DNA from: Candidatus Poribacteria bacterium
Lineage (GTDB): Bacteria > Poribacteria > WGA-4E > UBA9662
Assembly: GCA_036339735.1 (NCBI GenBank)
Contig: JAYZAL010000005.1
Coordinates: forward strand, 48,684-112,683
Reading direction: 5' to 3'
Length of the DNA: 64,000 nt
Shown: one piece after another, positions 21,198 to 30,295 of the stretch
How the letters are laid out: each line of letters begins with the position of its first letter
Position numbering within the stretch: position 1 is the first letter of the stretch
Notes under the pieces: model-generated
Databases searched by the model: none
What the model was told of the DNA's origin: nothing
Seen by the model: the letters and a program-made list of their open reading frames with translations, nothing else
Position numbers and translations under genes: made by a program

Positions 21198-22289
21198 TTG
21201 TCTATCCGTTTTTTAAAGGGTTTTTACATACTAAATCGATCAGCCCTTTTTTTACTGATTTGTTGGATTTTACTGTGTTCTTGTCAAAAGCCAGATCCAG
21301 TGGTTTCTATTTCTGGACCCACCATGGGGACCCGATATACTGTTAAGTATATCGGGCCGGAACTTAATGACACACCAGAACAAGTCCAAAAACAAATTGA
21401 TCATTTACTGATAGACATCAATCGGGAGATGTCTACCTATATCCCCGATTCAGAAATCTCACAGTTAAATGAAAACCAGTCGGCCGATTGGATCAAATTG
21501 TCGCCGAGACTGTTTACAGTCTTAGCAGCAGCCAAGTTGATCAGTGATTTGTCGAATGGAGCTTTTGATGTAACAATCGGCCCGTTAGTTAATTTGTGGG
21601 GATTTGGGCCTGAGGGTGAGCGTGATGTTCCGAGCAAGACTGATATTGATCGAACTAAGCAGTTGGTGGGATTTGACCATATACAAATAGATATAGATGG
21701 TCAAAGTATCAAAAAAAAACACCCTGGCATTTACATTGATTTATCTGCTATTGCTAAAGGATATGGTGTAGATTTAATTGGGCAGTTTTTGAGCCAATTA
21801 GAAATTGGAAATTACATGGTTGACATTGGTGGTGAGGTAAAAACTAAAGGTCTGAAAAATGGAGAACCATGGCAAATTGGTATTGAGAAACCAGACCCAA
21901 ATGCACGTACAATTCATAAAATTTTAGAGATTTCTGACATGAACGTGGCAACATCAGGCGGATATCGTAACTTCTTTGAGTCTGAGGGGAAAAATTTTTC
22001 TCACACAATTGACCCTCAAACGGGATATCCTGTTGAACACCGATTGGTTTCAGTTACCGTATTTGACCAGGAATCTTGCATGGAAGCTGACGCGTTAGCT
22101 ACAACCCTGATGGTACTAGGGCCTGAATCAGGCATGGAGTTCGTCCAAAAGAATGACGTTGCAGCTTACTTTATTTATGGTGTTCAGAAAAACAGCGGCA
22201 CAAAACTAAGAGAGGCCGTTTCACCTAAATTAAAACTTTTTTATCCTGACATTTTTGTTGAAATAGGGTCTGAAATTGTATATAACTGA
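21198..22289 (+). CDS. apbE: FAD:protein FMN transferase (lipoprotein)
   Basis: LLCS-C lipobox, TMGT, FDVTIGPL, DLSAIAKGY, ATSGGY, HTIDP, ADALAT. Confidence 0.95.
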   Translation: MSIRFLKGFYILNRSALFLLICWILLCSCQKPDPVVSISGPTMGTRYTVKYIGPELNDTPEQVQKQIDHLLIDINREMSTYIPDSEISQLNENQSADWIKLSPRLFTVLAAAKLISDLSNGAFDVTIGPLVNLWGFGPEGERDVPSKTDIDRTKQLVGFDHIQIDIDGQSIKKKHPGIYIDLSAIAKGYGVDLIGQFLSQLEIGNYMVDIGGEVKTKGLKNGEPWQIGIEKPDPNARTIHKILEISDMNVATSGGYRNFFESEGKNFSHTIDPQTGYPVEHRLVSVTVFDQESCMEADALATTLMVLGPESGMEFVQKNDVAAYFIYGVQKNSGTKLREAVSPKLKLFYPDIFVEIGSEIVYN

Positions 22290-22316
22290 TCAAATCAAAA
22301 CTATATCATATCTAAA

Positions 22317-22550
22317 ATGCAATATTTTGTAATAAGTCTAATCTTTATGTTGATTACGGTTTTGGCGATGGCTGTTGGTGTGATCTTCAATAACAAAAGC
22401 TTGAAAGGAAGTTGTGGGGGATTAGGAACTGTAATGGGAGACGATTGCGATCTGTGTGAAAATAAAGACAAATGTAATAACAAAGAAAATACCGGTGGTA
22501 CACCTAGTAATAAAAATAATTCTGATGACGATATTTTTTCATTAGTTTAG
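22317..22550 (+). CDS. nqrM: Na+-NQR maturation factor
   Basis: N-terminal TM, MAVGVIF, LKGSCGG followed by CDLC and another Cys; directly after apbE. Confidence 0.88.
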   Translation: MQYFVISLIFMLITVLAMAVGVIFNNKSLKGSCGGLGTVMGDDCDLCENKDKCNNKENTGGTPSNKNNSDDDIFSLV

Positions 22551-22567
22551 TTTCAAGGTAACAGAAA

Positions 22568-23422
22568 ATGGTAGAGATGACAGAACGCGAAAAATTTTTA
22601 TTTGACTTGCAAGGCTTTCTAGTAGTTCCTAATTTTTTAAGTAAGGGCGAGCTAGAGCTACTTAATCAATCTGTTGATGCCTGCGAAGACCTGAAGGGAA
22701 AAGATGGAAATTCAAACACTGCTGGATCTGAAGCACTAGCTGGTACTCACAAGAGAGGCATGTTCAGTGGGATGTTAAACTGGCCTAAGCCTCACTGCGT
22801 TCCCTTTCGAGAATTAATTGTTCATCCAAAGGCTATACCTTATCTTAACACAATGCATGGTCGTGGATGGCGGTTAGATCATGCGCCATTTATTCTGACT
22901 TCTGATTATGGTACTGAAGGGCTAGTTATTCATGGTTCGACCAACCGGCACTTTGATGGCTCACAGTATTATACTTACAGAAACGGGCAAATACGATGTG
23001 GCATGGTAGTTTTACAGTATCAATTGACCGACGTGGAGGAAGGTGACGGGGGATTATGTGTCATTCCTGGTAGCCATAAATCTAACTTCAGTTGTCCACA
23101 GGAAATTCGAAAATGGGAGCAAGATCATGAAGTCGTCTATAATGTTCCAGCCAAGGCTGGAGACATGGTTATTTTTAACGAAGCGACTCTTCATGGTACA
23201 TTACCATGGAAACGTAAAGACAGACATCGTCGCTCATTACTGATTCGATATTCGCCTAAATATCTACATTTCGCTGGAGGTTACTATGATGTTACCTTCC
23301 CAGAGTGGGCCGACGAATTGACTGAAGCCCAAAGGTCGGTTTTAGAACCACCATATATTTATAATCGACCTTTGATTGAGGATAACGGAGAAGATGTAAT
23401 TCGTCCTTTGAGAGAAGGTTAA
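22568..23422 (+). CDS. PhyH-family Fe(II)/2-oxoglutarate dioxygenase
   Basis: FDLQGFLVV, GGLCVIPGSHK, KAGDMVIFNEATLHG, RRSLL. Confidence 0.88.
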   Translation: MVEMTEREKFLFDLQGFLVVPNFLSKGELELLNQSVDACEDLKGKDGNSNTAGSEALAGTHKRGMFSGMLNWPKPHCVPFRELIVHPKAIPYLNTMHGRGWRLDHAPFILTSDYGTEGLVIHGSTNRHFDGSQYYTYRNGQIRCGMVVLQYQLTDVEEGDGGLCVIPGSHKSNFSCPQEIRKWEQDHEVVYNVPAKAGDMVIFNEATLHGTLPWKRKDRHRRSLLIRYSPKYLHFAGGYYDVTFPEWADELTEAQRSVLEPPYIYNRPLIEDNGEDVIRPLREG

Positions 23423-23492
23423 GATCTTTCCTACTCTGCCTTTTAATTCTTTTAATTAATTGAAAAGCCAAAAAATTTGATAGGGTATACTG

Positions 23493-25277
23493 ATGCAAGA
23501 GTGCCAATGGAATATTTTTTCTAAATTTCTTTTTTTTCTTTTCTTTGCTTTATCGATTTCCTTAGTTTCAATAACAGTTACAAATGCCGCTGATTCAAAT
23601 GGAGTAGATGCTCATGATCACGGCCATGACGATCATGGACATGATGATCATGGGCACGGTTCACATCACGGAATAGAAGGGGCCAAGTTACCTTTATGGA
23701 CAATTATTCCTTTCGCCGGGATACTGTTATCTATTGCTATTTTCCCTCTGGTAGCCGAACATTTCTGGCATCAGAACTATGGCAAAGTATCACTAGCTTG
23801 GATCATTATCTTTTCCATCCCATTTTTAATCGGCTATAAAGGGGATGCCTGGTACGAGATTGTTCACATTGTTTTGCTGGACTACGTTCCATTTATCGTT
23901 TTGCTAACGGCCTTGTTTACGGCGGCTGGTGGTATTTGCTTAAAAGGTTCACTACGTGGGTCCCCGGCAGTCAACACAATTATCATTGCTATTGGAACAT
24001 CTCTAGCTAGTTGGATGGGGACGACTGGGGCTGCGATGTTGTTGATTCGTCCATTATTGCGAGCCAATGCTTGGCGAAAGCATAAAGTCCATGTGGTTGT
24101 TTTCTTCATCTTTCTAGTAGCCAACATAGGTGGTTCTCTAACTCCTCTTGGCGATCCGCCTCTTTTCTTGGGATTTTTGAAGGGGGTTGAGTTCTTCTGG
24201 ACATTGAAATTATTCCCAGTCATGCTGCCTGTCTCGATTCTTCTACTAATTGTATTTTTTGTTTTTGATACGCTGATGTTTAAAAAAGAAGGCGCTGCTC
24301 CCGATGATGGTGAAAAACAACCACTAAAATTAGATGGGGCGCTAAATTTTGTTTTTATCGCCTGTATTATCGGTGCTATTCTATTCTCTAAATCGCTAGC
24401 TGACGGTGCTTTTAAAGACGAGACTGTTGCTGAAAAAATGGCCCCAAAAATCCAAAAAGCTGAAGGTAAAATGGCAGCAGCCAAAGATAAGCTTTCAGCT
24501 TATGTTTCCTCTAATTCTGGGGCTAGCCTAGATCAAAGCAATGCTGAATACTATCAACTTCGAACTGATCACTTGCACGCAGTAGCGGCCGTCAATGGTT
24601 TACGTGCGAAGAAAACCCATGATGAAAATTTAGGGGTTGATATTTTTGGAGTACGTGTTCCTTACGCTAATTTAGTTCGTGATGGATTAATGATTTTGAT
24701 TGGTATTGTCAGTTTAATTTATACTCCAATGTACCGTACAGTTAAAGATGATCATGGACATGTAGTCCCAGAAGAAAACGCCGCAGAAACTAATATTCGA
24801 GCAGCTAATGGATTTACCTGGGAGCCGATCTTAGAAGTTGCCAAACTCTTTATTGGTATTTTTATTTGTATGATTCCTGCTTTAAAAATCCTCCAAGCAG
24901 GAGTCGATGGAAAGTTGAGTAATGTTGTACTAGCTGTGCAAAGTTCGACTAATGATCCCATTAACACAATGTACTTCTGGTTGACTGGAATCCTATCAAG
25001 TTTCTTAGATAATGCTCCTACCTATGTGGTCTTCTTCAACACTGCAGGCGGAGACCCAACATCTTTGATGGGCCCAATGTCCCAAACTCTTCTAGCTATC
25101 AGTTGTGGTGCAGTTTTCATGGGGGCTAACACTTATATTGGTAATGCGCCTAATTTTATGGTGAAAGCTATTGCCGAAGAAAATGGGGTTAAAATGCCAA
25201 GTTTCTTTGGTTATATGGCCTGGTCTATTCCTATACTAGTACCGGTTTTCATCCTGGTGACACTCATATTTTTCTGA
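23493..25277 (+). CDS. Putative Na+/H+ antiporter (IT superfamily, CitMHS_2-like)
   Basis: ANIGGSLTPLGDPPLFLGF, LSSFLDNAPTY, GANTYIGNAPNFMVK, MPSFFGYM; many TM segments. Confidence 0.82.
   Translation: MQECQWNIFSKFLFFLFFALSISLVSITVTNAADSNGVDAHDHGHDDHGHDDHGHGSHHGIEGAKLPLWTIIPFAGILLSIAIFPLVAEHFWHQNYGKVSLAWIIIFSIPFLIGYKGDAWYEIVHIVLLDYVPFIVLLTALFTAAGGICLKGSLRGSPAVNTIIIAIGTSLASWMGTTGAAMLLIRPLLRANAWRKHKVHVVVFFIFLVANIGGSLTPLGDPPLFLGFLKGVEFFWTLKLFPVMLPVSILLLIVFFVFDTLMFKKEGAAPDDGEKQPLKLDGALNFVFIACIIGAILFSKSLADGAFKDETVAEKMAPKIQKAEGKMAAAKDKLSAYVSSNSGASLDQSNAEYYQLRTDHLHAVAAVNGLRAKKTHDENLGVDIFGVRVPYANLVRDGLMILIGIVSLIYTPMYRTVKDDHGHVVPEENAAETNIRAANGFTWEPILEVAKLFIGIFICMIPALKILQAGVDGKLSNVVLAVQSSTNDPINTMYFWLTGILSSFLDNAPTYVVFFNTAGGDPTSLMGPMSQTLLAISCGAVFMGANTYIGNAPNFMVKAIAEENGVKMPSFFGYMAWSIPILVPVFILVTLIFF
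23613..23669 (+). repeat. Degenerate 15-nt tandem repeat encoding a His-rich tract, (DDHGH)n
   Basis: catgatcacggc catgacgatcatgga catgatgatcatggg cac..., translating as HDHGHDDHGHDDHGHGSHH. Confidence 0.85.
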
Positions 25278-25290
25278 TCCTAATTTAGAA

Positions 25291-25584
25291 ATGTCAACCG
25301 ACGACAAACTAAATGAAGCCCCAACAACAGGCAAATTTGGTCAGCCAATTTCGTCTGTTGTTGTCGTTGGTGACCTAGGGTCCGTTGGCTTCACTCTGGT
25401 TTTTGCTACACTGATTGGCATTTACGGTGGCCGCTATCTTGGTAAAATGTGTGGTCAGGAAACGTTTGGAACGGTCGTAGGGGTGATTGTGGGTACGTCA
25501 GCTGGATTCCACCAACTCTATAAGGCTGTAAACCGATGGTTAAAGCGCCAGAAAACACAAAACCAAGGGATAAAAAGTGAATAG
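25291..25584 (+). CDS. AtpZ/AtpI 'gene 1' family protein
   Basis: Two TMs with the 'G..GG.YLG' pattern; first gene of the atp operon. Confidence 0.75.
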   Translation: MSTDDKLNEAPTTGKFGQPISSVVVVGDLGSVGFTLVFATLIGIYGGRYLGKMCGQETFGTVVGVIVGTSAGFHQLYKAVNRWLKRQKTQNQGIKSE

Positions 25585-25987
25585 ACGAACGGCGTTTGAG
25601 GTTGACTCCAACTTCTTGCGTCAAGTATACTTCCTGACTTGGGTTAGCGGAATATCTGGGACACCATTTTTGGCGTTTTTTTTGGGGTTATCAATAGGGG
25701 CGAGCTTCGGCGTAGGTAGTCTTGCTAGTATTTCGATGCTCGCTGCCATGGAGTTCGCAGTTCGTAAAACCATTGATCCAAACAACAGTGTAAGAAAAGG
25801 CAAATGGCTGTTTGCTGGGCTAACTTCAAGCAAGTACGTTATCTTGCTTCTTGCGTTGTTCTTTTTAATTAGGTCAGAGTGGTTAAACATTTACGCTCTG
25901 ACTGTTGGGATCACACTTGCCCAGTTGATTATCATGGCCAAGGCTGTATTTATCACAGTTCGTTTTTTTTGTAGAGGAAACTTTTGA
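25577..25987 (+). CDS. atpI: ATP synthase subunit I
   Basis: Four-TM hydrophobic 136-aa protein directly before atpB. Confidence 0.75.
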   Translation: MNRRTAFEVDSNFLRQVYFLTWVSGISGTPFLAFFLGLSIGASFGVGSLASISMLAAMEFAVRKTIDPNNSVRKGKWLFAGLTSSKYVILLLALFFLIRSEWLNIYALTVGITLAQLIIMAKAVFITVRFFCRGNF

Positions 25988-26844
25988 AAGCCGTCAAGCG
26001 ATTGCTCCAAACATTTCGCAGCTCATACTTTTCTTTGTTTTTGTTTACTTTTCTGTCCGTTCTGCTAACGTTTCCTGCTTCCGCTGCTGGGTACCGTTCT
26101 TGGTTGAAGATTGTGACTGATCTTGGTCTTCCTACTCCCCCACCTGGTACTCCGTGGGAACAACTAGACATGATTGCCAACACTTTTTTTGTAGTAGCTT
26201 TGTTAATTTTGTTGTTTGTCTTGGGCAGTCGGAACTTGAAGCGTTTACCCGAAACCAAGTTCCAGATGCTGCTAGAGATCTGCATCGGTTTCATTGTTAA
26301 TTTCTTCGGCGGGATCCTAGGTAAACACGGAAAACAGTACTCCTGGTTCGTTGGCTCTTATTTTATCTTCATTTTATTTCTGAACTATTTGGGGCTCATT
26401 CCAGGATTTCAGTCTCCTACTGCCGACCTCAATACGACTGTAGCTTTCGGCTTAATTGCTGTGATTGGTGTCAATGTTATCTCTATCAAAGAAAATGGGA
26501 TAATCAATCATATCAAACATTTTTGGGGCGATCCTTGGTACCTAGGTTTCCTCATGTTTCCTCTTCACGTTATCGGTGAAGTTGCCAGAGCAGCTTCGCT
26601 CGCATTACGTCTGTTTGGGAATATATTTGGAGAAGAAACAGTAATAATAAAGATTACCGTTCTTGGGGTAGGTCTGATGACCCTTTTAGCCTCGAAGTTA
26701 GGTGGTTTTTGGCTACCGATACCTGTGCAAATACCAATCCTCTTCTTTGGCATGTTAGGCGGTTTTCTGCAAGCTTTTGTTTTTTCACTGCTGACATCAG
26801 TTTATATTGTCACATTTTTGGACCACGGAGATGACCATCACTAA
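25984..26844 (+). CDS. atpB: F0 subunit a
   Basis: NYLGLIPG, PTADLN, SLALRLFGNI (essential Arg), LQAFVFSLLTSVY. Start codon uncertain. Confidence 0.95.
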   Translation: MKAVKRLLQTFRSSYFSLFLFTFLSVLLTFPASAAGYRSWLKIVTDLGLPTPPPGTPWEQLDMIANTFFVVALLILLFVLGSRNLKRLPETKFQMLLEICIGFIVNFFGGILGKHGKQYSWFVGSYFIFILFLNYLGLIPGFQSPTADLNTTVAFGLIAVIGVNVISIKENGIINHIKHFWGDPWYLGFLMFPLHVIGEVARAASLALRLFGNIFGEETVIIKITVLGVGLMTLLASKLGGFWLPIPVQIPILFFGMLGGFLQAFVFSLLTSVYIVTFLDHGDDHH

Positions 26845-26939
26845 ACTCCTGAGTTCTTTTTAAATTTTGTTAATTTAATAGTTTCAAAACCAATATAGTC
26901 ATTTCACAACAACTAATAATCATTTAAGGAGAAAGGAAA

Positions 26940-27242
26940 ATGATTTATCTCGCGATTTTAGCATTTGGGGTTACACTAGGTTTGCCGATTGCCGTGATCT
27001 TTGCATCTCACGCTCAAGGAAAAGCGGTAACTGCCGCCATGGAAGGAATTGCCAGACAACCGGAGTCTGCAGGCGCGATGACAGGTCCGATGGTTATCGG
27101 TCTTGCACTAATCGAAGCTATGGTTATCTACTCCTTGGTAATGTTCTTCGTCTTGTTAAATAAGTTACCTGACCCAGACTCCACATTAGTTGAAATGATT
27201 TCAGCTAATGCCGAAGTTAGAACTGCAGCCGATAATAAATAA
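26940..27242 (+). CDS. atpE: F0 subunit c with C-terminal extension
   Basis: IARQPE loop, LALIEAMVIY (E59); strong RBS AAGGAGAAAGGA. Confidence 0.95.
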   Translation: MIYLAILAFGVTLGLPIAVIFASHAQGKAVTAAMEGIARQPESAGAMTGPMVIGLALIEAMVIYSLVMFFVLLNKLPDPDSTLVEMISANAEVRTAADNK

Positions 27243-27258
27243 CTGACCAGTAATTAAT

Positions 27259-27301
27259 GCTTAAAGGTGGGAATTTGTTTAATTAGTTTCCACCTTTAAG
27301 C
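27259..27301 (+). other. Stem-loop after atpE (mRNA stabiliser or partial terminator)
   Basis: GCTTAAAGGTGGGA pairs with TTCCACCTTTAAGC, 14 bp with one G-U pair. Confidence 0.65.
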
Positions 27302-27338
27302 TCCTAATAGTTTCACTTTTTCGAGACATAATCCTCAA

Positions 27339-27968
27339 ATGAGATTCAAAAATATAAAAGTATTATTTGTTCTTGTATGTCACCTGATCTTGCTATTTAC
27401 TTTCATAGCCACCGTTTCTGCTGCGCCCGGAGGAGGTAGTTCTAACTCGGAAGCCAAGAGTGGAATCCTTGGTGTATTAGGCATTGAACCCAAATTGATC
27501 CTCATTCAAGGTATTGGTTTCGTGATAGTTCTGTTGATTCTGAAAAAGTTCGCCTTTGGTAAGATTGGGGGAGTTATCGAAGACAGACAAAACGAGATTT
27601 CTAGCCGAATGGACAAATTGGAATCTGATCAAGCTGAACTAGACAGATTGACAGCTGAAACAGAACAAAGACTCAGCCAAATTGAAGCAGAAGCCAAAGA
27701 TAAAATACAAAGAGCTATTGAACAAGGCGAATCTGAGAAGCAAGAAATATTGGAACAATCTCGTCAAGAAGCCGCTGCTCTGATTGATCAAGCTCGAATA
27801 GAAATCGAACAAGATAAAGAAACTGCAATCCTAGAATTGCGAGGACAAATTGCCGAAATTGCTATAGACGCTGCTAGCAAAGTCATTGACCAACAGCTTG
27901 ATGTGACTACCCATCAGCATGTAGTTGATGAGTATGTTAACCGATTACCTACAGGACCTATAGTGTAG
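27339..27968 (+). CDS. atpF: F0 subunit b
   Basis: TM 'LIQGIGFVIVLLILKKFAFG', IEDRQNEI, long coiled coil, IEQDKETAILELR. Confidence 0.93.
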   Translation: MRFKNIKVLFVLVCHLILLFTFIATVSAAPGGGSSNSEAKSGILGVLGIEPKLILIQGIGFVIVLLILKKFAFGKIGGVIEDRQNEISSRMDKLESDQAELDRLTAETEQRLSQIEAEAKDKIQRAIEQGESEKQEILEQSRQEAAALIDQARIEIEQDKETAILELRGQIAEIAIDAASKVIDQQLDVTTHQHVVDEYVNRLPTGPIV

Positions 27969-28080
27969 AAGTAGACTTTTGATTTGTGTGATTAGGCTTG
28001 ACGCAACCGACAAAACGACAAGCGTAGCCAGCACGTCAATCAATCCTAAAGAGTCAACCTAACTGAAGTAGAAGATGTAC

Positions 28081-28108
28081 GTTTCGCTTTTTATATACAA
28101 AGCGAGAC
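28081..28108. other. Stem-loop in the atpF-atpH spacer
   Basis: GTTTCGCTTT-ttatatac-AAAGCGAGAC, 10-bp stem followed by AAAA. Confidence 0.5.
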
Positions 28109-28204
28109 AAAACTGGTGCAAGTTCTTAACCCGAATTAAAATATAAGCTTCGAAAAGAAAGGTAAAGTCAATCGTTAATATGCAGCCAAACGGAGATAGT
28201 TACT

Positions 28205-28744
28205 ATGAAAGATGTTAGGGTTGCTCAGCGGTATTCAGCGGCTTTGTTTCAAGCTGCTACTGAACAAGGGTCAACTGACCAAATAGTCAGCGACGCTAGC
28301 TATTTGATGGATTTGTTAGCAGAATCGTCGGAATTTAATCAGCTAATTCACGATCCTTTAATCTCACCTGAATTTAAAAAAGAGATTTTCCAAAATTTGT
28401 TTGATCAACAAGTAAATCCATTAACACTTGGTTTCTTAACTATGTTAGCTGATAAACAAAGAGAACGTGGTTTAGTGTCAATTTTGGAGTATTTCCAGCT
28501 TATAATTGACCAACAATCCGGTCAAATAGAGGCTTCTGTCACAGTAGCAACCCCACTTGGTGATGAGCAAAAATCAGCATTGATTGAAAAATTGAGTCTT
28601 TATTCTGGTAAGACGGTGAGATTGAAAATTCACATTGACTCGGCCATACAGGGTGGATTTATAGCTAAACTCGGAGATACTGTTTTTGATGGAAGTATTA
28701 AGACACAACTAGAACGAATGAAGTCGCAATTGGCAAGAGGGTAA
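28205..28744 (+). CDS. atpH: F1 subunit delta
   Basis: VAQRYSAALF, IDSAIQGGFI, VFDGSIK. Confidence 0.95.
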   Translation: MKDVRVAQRYSAALFQAATEQGSTDQIVSDASYLMDLLAESSEFNQLIHDPLISPEFKKEIFQNLFDQQVNPLTLGFLTMLADKQRERGLVSILEYFQLIIDQQSGQIEASVTVATPLGDEQKSALIEKLSLYSGKTVRLKIHIDSAIQGGFIAKLGDTVFDGSIKTQLERMKSQLARG

Positions 28745-28750
28745 GTTTTT

Positions 28751-30286
28751 ATGGCAAGAGAAGTTAGACCAGACGAAGTTTCGAGTATTCTTAAGCAACA
28801 ACTACTTCAGTATAACCGAGATGTAGATGTTTATGATGCTGGAACAGTACTTCAGGTCGGTGATGGCATTGCCCGAGTTCATGGGTTAGCTAATGCAATG
28901 GCAGGTGAGGAAATTCTGTTTCCCAATAATGTAATGGGCATGGTCTTCAATTTAGAAGAAGATAATGTTGGTTGCGTACTATTCGGTGAGGACACAGAAG
29001 TAAGAGAAGGCGATACTGTCAAAAGAACTAACTCCCTGTTAGAAGTACCTGTCGGAGAGGCTATGCTCGGTCGTGTGGTCAATGCACTCGGTGAACCTAT
29101 CGACGGTGGCCCAGAAATCGAGACCGAACATAAATTGCCCGTCGAACGAAAAGGGCTAGGTATTATACAGCGACAGCCAGTCGAAGAACCTCTACTAACT
29201 GGGATTAAAGCTATTGATAGCATGGTGCCAATAGGTCGTGGGCAAAGAGAGTTGATCATTGGTGACCGTCAAACTGGAAAAACGGCTATTGCCATAGACA
29301 CAATAATTAACCAGAAGGATTCTGGAGTGAAGTGTATCTATGTCGCAGTTGGTCAAAAAGGATCGACGATTGCTCAAGTAGTAGATACACTTCGTCAACA
29401 TGATGCAATGGACTACACAATTGTGGTTGCTGCAACTGCAAGTGATACTTCGCCAATGCAGTATCTTGCCCCCTATTCAGGAACTTCGATGGGAGAATAC
29501 TTCCGGGATAAAGGTGAACATGCACTTATCATCTATGATGATCTAACTAATCATGCATGGGCTTATCGACAAATGTCGTTGCTTCTACGTCGTCCACCAG
29601 GTCGCGAAGCTTATCCAGGTGACGTTTTCTACTTACACTCGCGTTTACTAGAACGAGCGGCTAAGTTAAGTGACGACCTTGGAGCCGGATCTTTAACCTC
29701 ATTACCGATTATACAAATTTTTGAAGGGGATCTTACCACCTACATTCCAACAAACGTTATTTCGATTACCGACGGCCAGATCTATCTGACCACGGATTTA
29801 TTTAATGCAGGGGTCAGACCAGCGATTAATCCAGGTGTTTCTGTTTCTCGAGTTGGTGGAGATGCTCAGATTAAAGCTATGAAGGCTGATGGTGTAGCAA
29901 AAACCATGCGCTTGGATCTTGCTCGTTACCGTGAAGTGGCTGCCTTCGCCCAGTTTGGGTCAGATTTAGATGCAGCAACACAACAACAATTAAAACGTGG
30001 TGAGCGACTAATCGAACTACTCAAGCAACCCCAGTACCAGCCACTACCAGTTGAAAAAGAGATTGTGTCCATTTTCTCTGGCTCTAATGGTTACTTAGAT
30101 GACATTGAGCTAACTGATGTTGCCCGTTTCGAAGCTGAACTCTTGTCCTTTATGGACCAAAACCATAGTGAAATCCTGGAAGAAATTGTAACAACTGGTA
30201 ACCTGTCTGATGATTTAGCCGAGCAGCTAAGTGAGGCTACTAGTAGATTTAAAGCATCATTCCAGCCAAGTGTTTCAGAGGATTAG
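28751..30286 (+). CDS. atpA: F1 subunit alpha
   Basis: [38 protein letters not shown]. Confidence 0.98.
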   Translation: MAREVRPDEVSSILKQQLLQYNRDVDVYDAGTVLQVGDGIARVHGLANAMAGEEILFPNNVMGMVFNLEEDNVGCVLFGEDTEVREGDTVKRTNSLLEVPVGEAMLGRVVNALGEPIDGGPEIETEHKLPVERKGLGIIQRQPVEEPLLTGIKAIDSMVPIGRGQRELIIGDRQTGKTAIAIDTIINQKDSGVKCIYVAVGQKGSTIAQVVDTLRQHDAMDYTIVVAATASDTSPMQYLAPYSGTSMGEYFRDKGEHALIIYDDLTNHAWAYRQMSLLLRRPPGREAYPGDVFYLHSRLLERAAKLSDDLGAGSLTSLPIIQIFEGDLTTYIPTNVISITDGQIYLTTDLFNAGVRPAINPGVSVSRVGGDAQIKAMKADGVAKTMRLDLARYREVAAFAQFGSDLDAATQQQLKRGERLIELLKQPQYQPLPVEKEIVSIFSGSNGYLDDIELTDVARFEAELLSFMDQNHSEILEEIVTTGNLSDDLAEQLSEATSRFKASFQPSVSED

Positions 30287-30295
30287 GTAACTGAA

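Noticed and set aside
23882..24484. 200-aa antisense ORF, and the many 60-130-aa ORFs nested in larger genes
   Set aside because: They lie antisense or out of frame within well-supported genes and have no motifs; treated as shadow ORFs.
28076..28147. 23-codon ORF in the atpF-atpH spacer as a remnant b' subunit
   Set aside because: No resemblance to subunit b, weak RBS, and it overlaps a hairpin.
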